Source: a bacterium (GTDB taxonomy: Bacteria > Bdellovibrionota_C > UBA2361 > SZUA-149 > JAGRAN01). From it: a DNA stretch of 42,965 nucleotides. A program made the position numbers and the translations under genes. Under the pieces are notes generated by a model. The model made no database searches, had not been told where the DNA came from, and saw only the letters and a list, made by a program, of their open reading frames with translations. Location: NCBI GenBank assembly GCA_030431555.1, contig JAUIIP010000003.1, positions 1 through 42,965 of the forward strand. Direction: 5' to 3'. Shown piece after piece: positions 10,330 to 19,269 of the stretch (position 1 is the first letter of the stretch; each line of letters opens with the position of its first letter).

Positions 10330-11262
10330 TCAGCGCAGGCAGTCCTCTCCGGTCGCGTACCATCTGCCATCACTTCGAAGTGTGAATTCTTTGCGCGTGC
10401 AGCTATCGTCGGAGAACCTGGCAAAGCCCTTATCTGAAAGAGTCTGCTTTAAATTGCTCTGCTTGGTCTTCAGCTCGACGCCTGCCACGGTCATCTCTCC
10501 CACACTTCCGATGTCACCGCTGTTTCGCAGCAGGAGGCTAATCTTACCCATTGCCGTAGCCGCCTGAATTGTTAGCGCGTCGCGCACGGGCGAAACCAGT
10601 GTAACAGTCGCTGTTCCATTCATCTTCAGGCGCTCCTCTCGTCTGCCCTCAAAGCGGTTCTGAGTCTGGCCGTTAAAGGACTTAACTACCGCGTCTTCTA
10701 CGACAATTTTGGCCTTCTTTTCACCGTCCGTTCTGTCGTGGAAAGTCAACACTACATCCACGTGCGCTCCCGGTCGGGCCCATCCCTCGACTCCTGCAGT
10801 CGAATCCACTGCAATCGTCGTAGCTCGATAGCTCTTAGGAATCGAGTCCGCGATTCCTCCCAGCAGTGGTGAGTCAGACAGGCTGTTGTCGCGCACCGGC
10901 TGACCCGGCGGCAAGTCAACCTTGGCGTAGCGCCCAATTAGAGAACTTCGATTCCTGACTGCTCCCTGCGGCACCTCTGTTCGCGGCCAGGTAATCGGGC
11001 GAAACTCGACCGAGTCGAGCGGAGCGCCGTACGGCACGCGCTGCGCAGGGGCCAGCAATTCGATAGTTCCGAAGTCGAGGACAGCGTCAGCAGACACCGG
11101 GGGTTCGAAGCTCTTAATAGCCTCCACCTGAGTAAAGTGGCTTTGGATTAGTGCCGCCGTCGCAGCAAGAATGAGGGCGAACGCACCGCCTGCTACACAA
11201 AACAGGCGCTCTCTAGAAGTGATAGTTCTGCTGTTCTCAATAGAACCAAATCGATGCGACAT
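10330..11262 (-). CDS. cpaB: Flp/Tad pilus assembly protein CpaB/RcpC (downstream paralog, 310 aa)
   Basis: N-terminal TM, SAF-like domain, RATTIAVD..GVEGWARPGAHVDV and TVTL motifs. GGAGG RBS. Confidence 0.88.
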   Translation of the reverse strand: MSHRFGSIENSRTITSRERLFCVAGGAFALILAATAALIQSHFTQVEAIKSFEPPVSADAVLDFGTIELLAPAQRVPYGAPLDSVEFRPITWPRTEVPQGAVRNRSSLIGRYAKVDLPPGQPVRDNSLSDSPLLGGIADSIPKSYRATTIAVDSTAGVEGWARPGAHVDVVLTFHDRTDGEKKAKIVVEDAVVKSFNGQTQNRFEGRREERLKMNGTATVTLVSPVRDALTIQAATAMGKISLLLRNSGDIGSVGEMTVAGVELKTKQSNLKQTLSDKGFARFSDDSCTRKEFTLRSDGRWYATGEDCLR

Positions 11263-11334
11263 AAACTTACCTCCAGTTTATGACCGCAAATTTACCAAGC
11301 CGAACTGTTAGACTCTGACCACCGGTCAAAGTTC

Positions 11335-11369
11335 AAAAAAAAGCCGGGCGAGGTTCCCCTCACCCGACT
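11335..11369 (-). terminator. Intrinsic terminator between the two cpaB paralogs
   Basis: Minus strand AGTCGGGTGAGG-GGAA-CCTCGCCCGGCT followed by a T tract. Confidence 0.85.
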
Positions 11370-11405
11370 CAGTCGACAGAAGAAGTAGACTAGCTACTTG
11401 CGTTT

Positions 11406-12338
11406 TTAGTAATCTTCGTTAGTTAAGTACCATTTCTTATCAGAGCGAAGCTCGAGTTCTCTCGAAACTCCATCCTGACCTTCGTAACGAACATGACCGA
11501 TAGTTTGCGAACCGCCTTTGTCTTGGCGCTGAGAGCTTCTCAGGTCATCCGCACTAACGGTAACGTTTCCAACGCTCTTTAGGTCGCTGGTGTTTCGAAG
11601 CAGCAAGCTGATTCTACCCATGGCTCGCGCAGTGTGAATCTTCAAAGAATCTTCCACCGGGGTTGCCAGGGTTACAGTAGCCGTAGAACGAGCCATTCTC
11701 TGTGCTTGATCCGTTCGCGCGCCAGCCGAGTTATTTCTCGTTTGACCGTTGAACGAAACAACTACTGCATCCTCAACTGCTATTTGAGTCTTCTTTTGGC
11801 CGTCGGAGCGATCGTGATACGTAACGAGGATATCAACGTGAGCGCCCGGAGTAGCCCAACCTTCAACACCTGCGGTTGCATCAACCTCAATGGTTGTCGC
11901 ACGATGTCCAGGCGGAATCAGGTCAGCTACTCCACCAAGAAGCGGAGTTGAAGACAGATTTGCCCTTAGGATCGGCTGGTTGGCCGGTAAATCTACTTTT
12001 GAATACATATCGCGCACATCGTCCGCTCGACGAACGGCACCTTCGGGCACCTCGTTTCGCGGCCAGTGTATTTCACGCAGAGCTACTTGGCTCAGCTTAG
12101 TGCCGTGAGGAACCGGAGCTTTAGGAGCCAGCAGCACTACCGTACCGAAGGCTACTTGCTCGACCGGCTGATCGGGCACTGCCAATGTCTGGTGCGCTTC
12201 TACTTCGTTATAACTGTAAATGATTAGTGCAACTATTGCTGCAAGAGCGAAGGTGATTGCGCCACCTCCTATATACAACAAACGCTCTCGCATCGCTGCT
12301 TGACGTCGTGGGCCCATAGAGCCAAACCGTGAATTCAT
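11406..12338 (-). CDS. cpaB: Flp/Tad pilus assembly protein CpaB/RcpC (upstream paralog, 310 aa)
   Basis: Same motifs as the neighbour. Start reassigned to ATG 12338 (MNSRFGS), which has an AAGGAG RBS and aligns with the paralog's MSHRFGS. Confidence 0.88.
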   Translation of the reverse strand: MNSRFGSMGPRRQAAMRERLLYIGGGAITFALAAIVALIIYSYNEVEAHQTLAVPDQPVEQVAFGTVVLLAPKAPVPHGTKLSQVALREIHWPRNEVPEGAVRRADDVRDMYSKVDLPANQPILRANLSSTPLLGGVADLIPPGHRATTIEVDATAGVEGWATPGAHVDILVTYHDRSDGQKKTQIAVEDAVVVSFNGQTRNNSAGARTDQAQRMARSTATVTLATPVEDSLKIHTARAMGRISLLLRNTSDLKSVGNVTVSADDLRSSQRQDKGGSQTIGHVRYEGQDGVSRELELRSDKKWYLTNEDY

Positions 12339-12479
12339 CTTACTTCTCCTTCTGTCTATCAACCTAACCGCTGCCGCGGCTTTGTTACTTCTTCGCCTTA
12401 TTACGCGCCTGCCGGTGCTGTCGAATTCACCGCGGCAGGCCATCTGCCTTTCAGAACCTAGCCAGTTATTTCAGATGTG

Positions 12480-12507
12480 TTTTCGGAATGTCTTGCTGCC
12501 AACTTAG
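12480..12507 (-). promoter_or_regulatory. Sigma28/FliA-like promoter upstream of cpaB
   Basis: Minus strand CTAAG-N15-TCCGAAAA. Confidence 0.45.
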
Positions 12508-12628
12508 CCGGTGGCTGATGCAGGCTGTAACCAAGTAAAACCAGTCCGAAACCTCTCCTATTAACCTGGCGAGTGGGGATTCGCCTCTATGTTCTGTAAT
12601 CGACCCGCCCCCTCTTAAGCATGAGACC

Positions 12629-12644
12629 TGCAAAATAAATGCCG
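12629..12644 (-). promoter_or_regulatory. Possible sigma54 (-24/-12) promoter upstream of cpaB
   Basis: Minus strand CGGCATTTATTTTGCA (GG-N10-GC), with IHF-like boxes further upstream. Confidence 0.4.
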
Positions 12645-12854
12645 CAGGTAAAATGCGTATTTGGAGTTTAGGTCCCCAAATTTCGGGTGCCGCTGCTGCA
12701 GCCAGGCTACGTTCAAGAAATTAGTCAGTAACTTCAAACCGTTGCCTATACCCACTTTCTATTCTGCAACATCAATCGAGTTTAATCTATACCCAAGTTA
12801 CTGAAATCAATAGAACAACTGTTCGGGACAAATACCGGTTCCACACCATTTGAT

Positions 12855-14699
12855 TCAGCGCAATGCGTGCGAATTTCGACTAAACCGCCGCAATTCCGAC
12901 AGATAATTACAGCCGTAGCTCTCCGAGGCAGCGAGCCCGGCGCAGCTGCCGGAGATGGCCTGATCCGGGTGTTTGGCCGGCTCGATTTGAGTTCCCTCAT
13001 TCCATTCGTTCCAAGAGGTGATGATAGTTCGGAAGTTGTCCGCGCTGCTGCCCTGCGCCCACCATGATTTCAGGGCTCGCAAAAGCAAGGAGTCTCCAGA
13101 ACTGTCGGTTCTCGGGATAATATAGTGGCCCGCTTTAGGCCGAACACCTCGGTCGTCATAAGCAGGAACAACGCCCGGTATGAAGCGCTGACCGCTGGCT
13201 GCGGCAACTCCGCGGTAAAAGCTATAGAGCTCAGCGACATCAGAAATGAAGCGCTCAACCCCCTCAACTCCGGCGTGCTCGCTGCGGCTTGAGTCGTAGG
13301 GGTTGTAGCAGGTAAGCGCATCGAAAGCGCGAAGCCGGTCCCAGTTCGCCTGCTGCTGGCCGAGCAGGATTACCTTCCCTTCAGCATTCATATCCAAAAC
13401 GTTAAAATAAACTTCGTCTCCAACCAGATAAAAATCTACACCCGTCTCCTGCTTCACCGCCTCCTTGGCCCACAAGAAGTAGCGCCCCGCTTCACCTACT
13501 ACGTGCCTGGACGCGTAAACGAAAAGAACAGGACGGCCTTCGATTCTCATGTAAGACGGGTGCGAGGCATAATGACGGGCGATATGCTCCCAGTGTCGGC
13601 GCATCCGATCTGCCCGTTCAGGCGTCATTACTAAAACATTCGCATCCTCACCGCCGCGGCGTTCTCGCTCAGTTGTTTTTAGGTCCAGCGTCTCGTACTG
13701 AACCGCAAACTCAAAATCATGGAGCATGTTTGCGGCATCATCCAAGTTGCGGCGAATCCGATTGCGGGCTGACTTTCGTTCGGGCCACCAATCGAAAACA
13801 AAAAACTCAATACCTGCCTCTTTGGCCCATTCGAGATGAGCGCCAAAAACGCTCGGATCGTCACTAAGGTATTTTCCAAGCAGCGGCTCGTACGGTGTCG
13901 CCGCCACCTCTCCGACATGTCCGGCCTTCCAATTCTCCGGAAACCAGGAGTAGTAGTGAGCACCAAGCGAAAGCTGCGACTCCCGGGTTTTTCCGCTCCA
14001 GACGTAGCAAGCGACGACGACAAACAAGATAGCGGCGCACATGAGGGACGCCGCAGGCCAAAGCGTCGCCGAGCCGGTCGCAGCAGGCTTTTTCTGAACA
14101 CCGGCGCTTAGCAGGCCCGCGAACAGTAAGGTGAGCATAGCTGAAACAAGAAGATACTGAGCAGCCATACAGACTTGCCTCGGTGCGGAGCCGGTTAACA
14201 GAATCCAGCTCTCAAGCGCCAGCATCACAAAAATTAAGCTTGATGAAGCTAACAGCAGTCTGCGCTCGCGAACAGCGATGTCGCGTGCGCAGACTGCTGT
14301 CAGTAAGAGCAAAGTCCAAAGGCTTGGTTCAATGAACCTTCTGAGCCATCTCGGCAAGTCCAGTACGATGAATCGAGTGCACCAGGATCCGGGAAGCGCA
14401 AAGCGAATTGCTGAAATTTCTCGGCCAAGAGAAAGTAGTCCGTTAAGACCTAGCAGGAGAAGAATGAAGGCCAAGAGCAATAAAGCTACGACTCCGGCTT
14501 CTGATTTCCTCCGACGCTCGGCTGCCAGTCTCAGTGCCGCAGCTCCGCAGAGCAGCACCCCAAAGGCTTGGATGCTGTCCGGCGCGCCGACGAGCGGCGT
14601 TAGCAGCAGCATAAAAAATACGATTGCAGTTAAGCGAACGGAAATCGGCATCTTTTCCACATGCACAGGTTTTCTTGCAGGCCAAGCTGCTTCTAACAC
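12855..14699 (-). CDS. Membrane-anchored glycoside hydrolase family 99/71-like protein
   Basis: About 7 N-terminal TM segments, then AHYYSWF, AKEAGIEFF, YM.IEGRPV and TSWNEWNEGTQIEP motifs. Start uncertain (alternative ATG 14651). Confidence 0.75.
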   Translation of the reverse strand: MLEAAWPARKPVHVEKMPISVRLTAIVFFMLLLTPLVGAPDSIQAFGVLLCGAAALRLAAERRRKSEAGVVALLLLAFILLLLGLNGLLSLGREISAIRFALPGSWCTRFIVLDLPRWLRRFIEPSLWTLLLLTAVCARDIAVRERRLLLASSSLIFVMLALESWILLTGSAPRQVCMAAQYLLVSAMLTLLFAGLLSAGVQKKPAATGSATLWPAASLMCAAILFVVVACYVWSGKTRESQLSLGAHYYSWFPENWKAGHVGEVAATPYEPLLGKYLSDDPSVFGAHLEWAKEAGIEFFVFDWWPERKSARNRIRRNLDDAANMLHDFEFAVQYETLDLKTTERERRGGEDANVLVMTPERADRMRRHWEHIARHYASHPSYMRIEGRPVLFVYASRHVVGEAGRYFLWAKEAVKQETGVDFYLVGDEVYFNVLDMNAEGKVILLGQQQANWDRLRAFDALTCYNPYDSSRSEHAGVEGVERFISDVAELYSFYRGVAAASGQRFIPGVVPAYDDRGVRPKAGHYIIPRTDSSGDSLLLRALKSWWAQGSSADNFRTIITSWNEWNEGTQIEPAKHPDQAISGSCAGLAASESYGCNYLSELRRFSRNSHALR

Positions 14700-14855
14700 A
14701 AATCGAACAAGCAGAATACATAGCCGCGCACCTCGCCGTGCACTTGACTTGAATGACGTAAAAGGATTCTCTAGCCGACCTTCGACTTATTGTGTTTCAA
14801 TGAAAGCAGCAGCTTCTCTCGCTGGTTATCGTAGACTTTTTCTCAAAGGTGCCTT

Positions 14856-15689
14856 GTGGCCGTACTACCGCTTGCTTCCCTAGCAGGCTGTCTACTTTTT
14901 GTTTCCGCCTTATTCACCATGCTCGGACAGGGCGGGGGAGCTTTCTACACTCCGCTGCAGGTGATTTTCGGATATGAGTTTCACACCGCGGCGACCAACA
15001 GTTTATTCCTGATAATGGTTTCCTCGCTCTCGGCGACTATAGTCTTTAGGAAGGCTCGACGCGTCGACTGGTCACTAGCTTGGACGCTTGAGATTGCTGC
15101 AGCATCCGGCGCCTTCCTCGGCGGCTTTTTCTCTTATCTTGTTTCAGCGCACACTTTGTCGTGGGTGTTCGCAGCTGTGATCGTTTGCGCCGGCATAGCG
15201 ATGCTGCGTCAAGCGCCTGTCGCAGCGGCCAAACCGCTGCGCTCACCGAGACGATTTTTGTGGAAGCGCAGTCTCGGCAGTCACCGTTATTTGGTGAACA
15301 TGCTTCACGCAATGCCGCTAATGTTTTTAGCCGGCCTGCTCAGCGGAATGATCGGAATCGGCGGCGGGGTGCTCAAAGTGCCGATCTTTGTGCTGCTGCT
15401 CGGGGTCCCGATGGGAATCGCAATTGGAACAAGCGCGTTTATGGTCGGCCTGACTGCGACCTCCGGTTTTATCGGTCATGCAATTACCGGAAACTGGGAC
15501 CCGTTCGCATCTATCATTCTCGCTGTGGTGGTTTTCATCGGCGGCAGAATCGGCGCCCGCATGTCTATCAATTTAGATCAATTCCGACTGCGCCGAGTCT
15601 GCGCAGTGTTCCTTATTTTTGCCGCCGTATTCATGGCTTTCGAAGCCTTGATTTTTGCTGAAGCCTTAATGGCCCAGCCCGTGAAGTAG
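14856..15689 (+). CDS. Sulfite exporter TauE/SafE family membrane protein
   Basis: Two repeats GQGGG / GIGGG..VP, AIGTS, about 8 TM. Confidence 0.88.
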   Translation: MAVLPLASLAGCLLFVSALFTMLGQGGGAFYTPLQVIFGYEFHTAATNSLFLIMVSSLSATIVFRKARRVDWSLAWTLEIAAASGAFLGGFFSYLVSAHTLSWVFAAVIVCAGIAMLRQAPVAAAKPLRSPRRFLWKRSLGSHRYLVNMLHAMPLMFLAGLLSGMIGIGGGVLKVPIFVLLLGVPMGIAIGTSAFMVGLTATSGFIGHAITGNWDPFASIILAVVVFIGGRIGARMSINLDQFRLRRVCAVFLIFAAVFMAFEALIFAEALMAQPVK

Positions 15690-15692
15690 ATT

Positions 15693-16259
15693 CTAACCGG
15701 CTCTCAGCACCAATTCACGCAAGGCTTCTTCCGCAGCCAAATGCGCTCGGTCAAACCGGCCTGCTTCGTTGTGCGTATTACAGCTTTCCTTTTTTCCAAG
15801 CCCGCAGTTTGGAATCAACGACCATAGACTCTGAATCAGTAGAAAGCACCACAGACCCGCTGTTATGCTGCCAGAAATTGCAACGGCATATCCGGCAAAA
15901 CCAATAGAGGCTCCTGTAAGTCCGGCATCAATCAGCCCTCGAATCAGCCCGCCGCCGACCGACACCCAGCGCACCGCCCAGATCATGACTGCCAAGCTTA
16001 GGAGATACGCCGGAAGGGCCAGAAAGAATGCTCCCGCTCCGGCCCAGACTGCTGCGCAAGTCCACATGAAGAAAACTCCGGCGCGCTTTGATCTGAGCCG
16101 CAGAAGATAGGCTGTGTAAGACAAAGCGATAAGCGCCGAAACCACCGCAATCGCCATTTTCGTCGAAAACAACCACACTGCGACAGGAAAAAAACCAGCC
16201 GCAACTATGCTGAGAACAACCGCCACCAATATGCCGTCAATTATCGCCGGGCGCTTCAT
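15693..16259 (-). CDS. Membrane protein of unknown function (about 6 TM), translationally coupled to the pspA-like gene
   Basis: ATGA overlap with the upstream gene and GGAGG RBS. Hydrophobic core with a C-terminal helix RFDRAHLAAEEALREL. Confidence 0.75.
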   Translation of the reverse strand: MKRPAIIDGILVAVVLSIVAAGFFPVAVWLFSTKMAIAVVSALIALSYTAYLLRLRSKRAGVFFMWTCAAVWAGAGAFFLALPAYLLSLAVMIWAVRWVSVGGGLIRGLIDAGLTGASIGFAGYAVAISGSITAGLWCFLLIQSLWSLIPNCGLGKKESCNTHNEAGRFDRAHLAAEEALRELVLRAG

Positions 16260-16825
16260 GACACTACCTCCTCCGATTGCTGCGACGAATGATGCCTGCG
16301 TTTTTCTTTCATAAAAGCTATTTCTACTTCTTCTTCGCTGACAGACTCACAGGGGTCGCGAAAGATCGTCTCTTCGAAATACTCTTTGCGCACGCGCTCT
16401 TGCTTAACGAGAAGCTCGAGCTTTTGCTCCACGCTCTGCAAACGTTGGCGATAGTCTTCGATCTGCTTTTTCTTTGCGGCGCTGCCCTGCTGCGCACGCT
16501 CCTGAGCTTCTTGCAGCGTCTTCAAACTGCGCTGGTATTCAAGCCGCTTGCGGACAATCGACTTTGCTAAGCTCTCGTTGCCCTCCTCAAAACACAGCTC
16601 TAGCTGCTCTTCGCAGCTGCGAAGATCGCTCTGAATTTGCTCTATGCGCTGGGCACTGCGCTCCACCTCAGCCTGTCTGGACTTCAGTTCTTTCTCGCAG
16701 CGCTCGATCTCTTCTCGCATTTCGCGCAGAGCCTGACGCGCAATGGCTTCAGGCTCCTCAAGACAATCAAGAATTCCGTGAATGTCCGCTTTAAGCAGTC
16801 TTCCGACTCTCTTTAGTACTGTCAT
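16256..16825 (-). CDS. PspA/IM30 (bacterial ESCRT-III-like) family protein
   Basis: Amphipathic N-terminus MTVLKRVGRLLKADIHGILD.LEEPE, long coiled coil, G(N)E.LA(K) hinge. Start at ATG 16825 with an AGGAG RBS. Confidence 0.85.
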   Translation of the reverse strand: MTVLKRVGRLLKADIHGILDCLEEPEAIARQALREMREEIERCEKELKSRQAEVERSAQRIEQIQSDLRSCEEQLELCFEEGNESLAKSIVRKRLEYQRSLKTLQEAQERAQQGSAAKKKQIEDYRQRLQSVEQKLELLVKQERVRKEYFEETIFRDPCESVSEEEVEIAFMKEKRRHHSSQQSEEVVS

Positions 16826-16850
16826 GGCTAATCTCCTATTTTCCAATCTG

Positions 16851-18323
16851 CTATTTTGTAACAACAACTCGCTGCTCCGATCTGGCCTTCAGATGCAAAG
16901 TTTTTCCGAGCCGGCTTTGCTTGCTTTGCTGCGCGCTTGGCGTGCCGACGAATGCGTCGTCAATGTCCGATTGAATCTGGTCAAGCTCGGCGCGAAGCTC
17001 TTCGTTGGCGATCCTCACACCACTTGCCGACTCCGCCTCCTGCAGCGACTTGCTATAGTCGGCAATTGTCTGGCGCGCTTTTTCCTTTTTACCTTCGCGA
17101 ATGTAGGTATTAAGGTCCTTGCGCATCCGCCCCAGGTTATTGCCGACCCACGTGCTTTTCAGCACCTCATCGTCGATTGAAGCGATAGCTTCTTCATGTC
17201 GCTCTGCGGGCAGTACAGCCAAGGCAAAGCCGCCGCTCCCGGGCAGAGTTGTAAGCGCACCCTCTCGCGAGTAGGAGAACTTAATAGGTGCAATTTCGAA
17301 CTCTGCCACGCGGCGAGTCGGCACTTGCAGCGATAGAGTTATTTGACGCTCCACTCCGCCGACAAGCTGACCCGAATCTATTGCTATTCGGTTTGCGCCG
17401 CGCAAATGTGTCGGATAACCGGCAGCATCAACCAGCCGCACATCAGCGGGAAGCTCAATTTCGATCGTGCTCGACTCCGCAAACAGGCTTCGAGACTCAT
17501 TGAGATCCTTGGCCAAAATTGCATGCAGACCTCGCACGTCCTCGAGGAAGGAATAATGACCCATGCCGTTGTCAGCAAGCGAGGCCATCACCAGTTCGTT
17601 AAAAGACAGGCCCATGCCGATTGTCGATACTACACCGCCGGCTCCGGTAATGTTTCGCGCAATCTGAGAAAGTGCCTGGGGACTCGTCTTTCCCTGGTTT
17701 GCCTCTCCGTCCGAGAGCAAGATCACACGGCGCCGTGAGTTTTGGCTGAATCGGCGGAGGATCGTTTCTGCGCGCTCCAATCCCTCACTCATATTAGTAG
17801 AGCTGCCGGGTCGAATTGCAGAGACAATGCGACGAACCATCATCTGATTTTGATGCGTCATCGGCGCCAGAGCAAAATCAACCCGGGCATGAGAATCGAA
17901 AGACACCAACGCAAACCTGTCTTCAGGATTCAGCTTTGAAACCAAACTGTAAATCGCCTGTTTTGCGTAAGGCATTTTCTGCGCCGCAGACATCGAACCA
18001 CTTCGGTCAAGCACGACGACTATGTCACTAGCTCCCACTTCTCCCGGGACGTCAATTTCCGGAGCCGCTACGGTCAGCTTTAAATAGACCTCTCCGCTGC
18101 CGCCTTCAGTCAATTTAGTCTGGGACAAACTGCCGCTGATGCTTACGCCGTCAGGACTCGTCGATGTGCTTACTGAAGGCTGAATCGCACCGACGGGCAT
18201 AGTCATCCAGGAACCGGTGCTGGTACACAGCAGCAATCCTGTGCCGATTATCGCAGCACTAAAGCATGTCGCTCCACCGCGCCTTGTTTTGGTGTAACTT
18301 CGAATTCTACCGAAAATGCTCAT
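16851..18323 (-). CDS. Exported or membrane-anchored von Willebrand factor A domain protein
   Basis: N-terminal hydrophobic segment, intact MIDAS (DRSGS...T...LSDG), Ig-like region and helical C-terminus. GAGG RBS. Confidence 0.9.
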   Translation of the reverse strand: MSIFGRIRSYTKTRRGGATCFSAAIIGTGLLLCTSTGSWMTMPVGAIQPSVSTSTSPDGVSISGSLSQTKLTEGGSGEVYLKLTVAAPEIDVPGEVGASDIVVVLDRSGSMSAAQKMPYAKQAIYSLVSKLNPEDRFALVSFDSHARVDFALAPMTHQNQMMVRRIVSAIRPGSSTNMSEGLERAETILRRFSQNSRRRVILLSDGEANQGKTSPQALSQIARNITGAGGVVSTIGMGLSFNELVMASLADNGMGHYSFLEDVRGLHAILAKDLNESRSLFAESSTIEIELPADVRLVDAAGYPTHLRGANRIAIDSGQLVGGVERQITLSLQVPTRRVAEFEIAPIKFSYSREGALTTLPGSGGFALAVLPAERHEEAIASIDDEVLKSTWVGNNLGRMRKDLNTYIREGKKEKARQTIADYSKSLQEAESASGVRIANEELRAELDQIQSDIDDAFVGTPSAQQSKQSRLGKTLHLKARSEQRVVVTK

Positions 18324-18388
18324 TTTGAAACCTCGCGTTTCTCTAGGTTGCAGCTCAAGTTCTACACCCAGTGTAGCGTTCGGGAAGG

Positions 18389-18476
18389 GTCAGCATGAAG
18401 ACATGGCTATGTAAAAAGGTAGTCAGGAAGTTTTACATTCGTTTTACGTTGGACCATGCGCAGAAGACGATATAAT
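18389..18476. promoter_or_regulatory. Divergent promoter with OmpR-family-type tandem boxes and a TATAAT -10 element
   Basis: GTTTTACATT (18430) and GTTTTACGTT (18441) repeat at an 11-bp period. An opposite-orientation series GTCAG/GACAT/GTAAA/GTCAG lies at 18389/18400/18411/18422. TATAAT at 18471. Confidence 0.55.
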
Positions 18477-18552
18477 GCATTAGAGCAGCCTGGCATAAGT
18501 CGCTGCAGGCACTCAGCACTAGTAGACAAAGAACATTCGCTGGAAGCGCTTT

Positions 18553-19269
18553 ATGGAAGCCAAGATAAAACTGCTCGTTGTCGAGGACGAAGAGCCGATT
18601 CGGCAAGGTTTGGTCGACGTGTTCACTTTCCACGGATATGAAGTCCAGGCAGTCGACAACGGGACTGACGGACTAGCGCAGGCTAAGAGCGGCAAGTTCG
18701 ACCTTATTTTGCTTGATGTAATGCTTCCGGGCCTGGACGGCTTCTCGATTTGCGACGAAGTCAGGGCACAAAGCAGAGATCAACTGATAATCATGCTTAC
18801 TGCGAAAACGAGCGAGCAGGACATCATAACCGGCTTAAAGCTTGGCGCAGACGACTATGTTGCAAAACCATTCTCGGTCCAGGAGCTGGTTCTGCGAGTT
18901 GAGGCCGTTCTCAGGCGCTCTCGCAAGCTCGAGTCTCTAGAATCAGAACTGCTCGCGGCTGACGGATTGCGTATAGATACGCGCAACCTGATTGGAACCA
19001 GCGCACAGGGTGAAGAGATCCCGTTTACCCGGAGAGAAGTCGACCTGCTAAGCTATCTCTGGGCTAATCGCGAACGGCCGGTCCCGCGCGAGGAGCTGCT
19101 GGCCGAAGTTTGGGGCTACAAACGCGGTGCCCACATCGAGACGCGCACTGTTGATATTCATATCGCTAAGCTTCGGCGCAAAATCGAGCCGAACCCCAAG
19201 GACCCGACTTACCTTATAACTATCAGGGGCGAAGGCTATAAACTCCTTCCACCGGCTGAAACGAACTAA
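18553..19269 (+). CDS. OmpR/PhoB family response regulator
   Basis: VEDE, LDVMLPG, GADDY.AKPF and a winged-helix domain RTVDIHIAKLRRKIE...RGEGY. Confidence 0.95.
   Translation: MEAKIKLLVVEDEEPIRQGLVDVFTFHGYEVQAVDNGTDGLAQAKSGKFDLILLDVMLPGLDGFSICDEVRAQSRDQLIIMLTAKTSEQDIITGLKLGADDYVAKPFSVQELVLRVEAVLRRSRKLESLESELLAADGLRIDTRNLIGTSAQGEEIPFTRREVDLLSYLWANRERPVPREELLAEVWGYKRGAHIETRTVDIHIAKLRRKIEPNPKDPTYLITIRGEGYKLLPPAETN

Noticed and set aside
12339-12443. 35-aa N-terminal extension of cpaB in the ORF track
   Set aside because: The RBS and the alignment with the paralog point to ATG 12338.
12339-12854. Searched for a c-di-GMP riboswitch or a small Flp pilin ORF upstream of cpaB
   Set aside because: No GEMM-type GCAAA/GAAA architecture and no G/xxxxEY pilin ORF recognised by eye. 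An Rfam scan would be needed to exclude them fully.
18270-18323. VWA N-terminus MSIFGRIR resembles a PspA helix-0, and TRRGG resembles a Tat motif
   Set aside because: Both matches are too short to distinguish from chance, and the Tat consensus F-L-K positions are missing.
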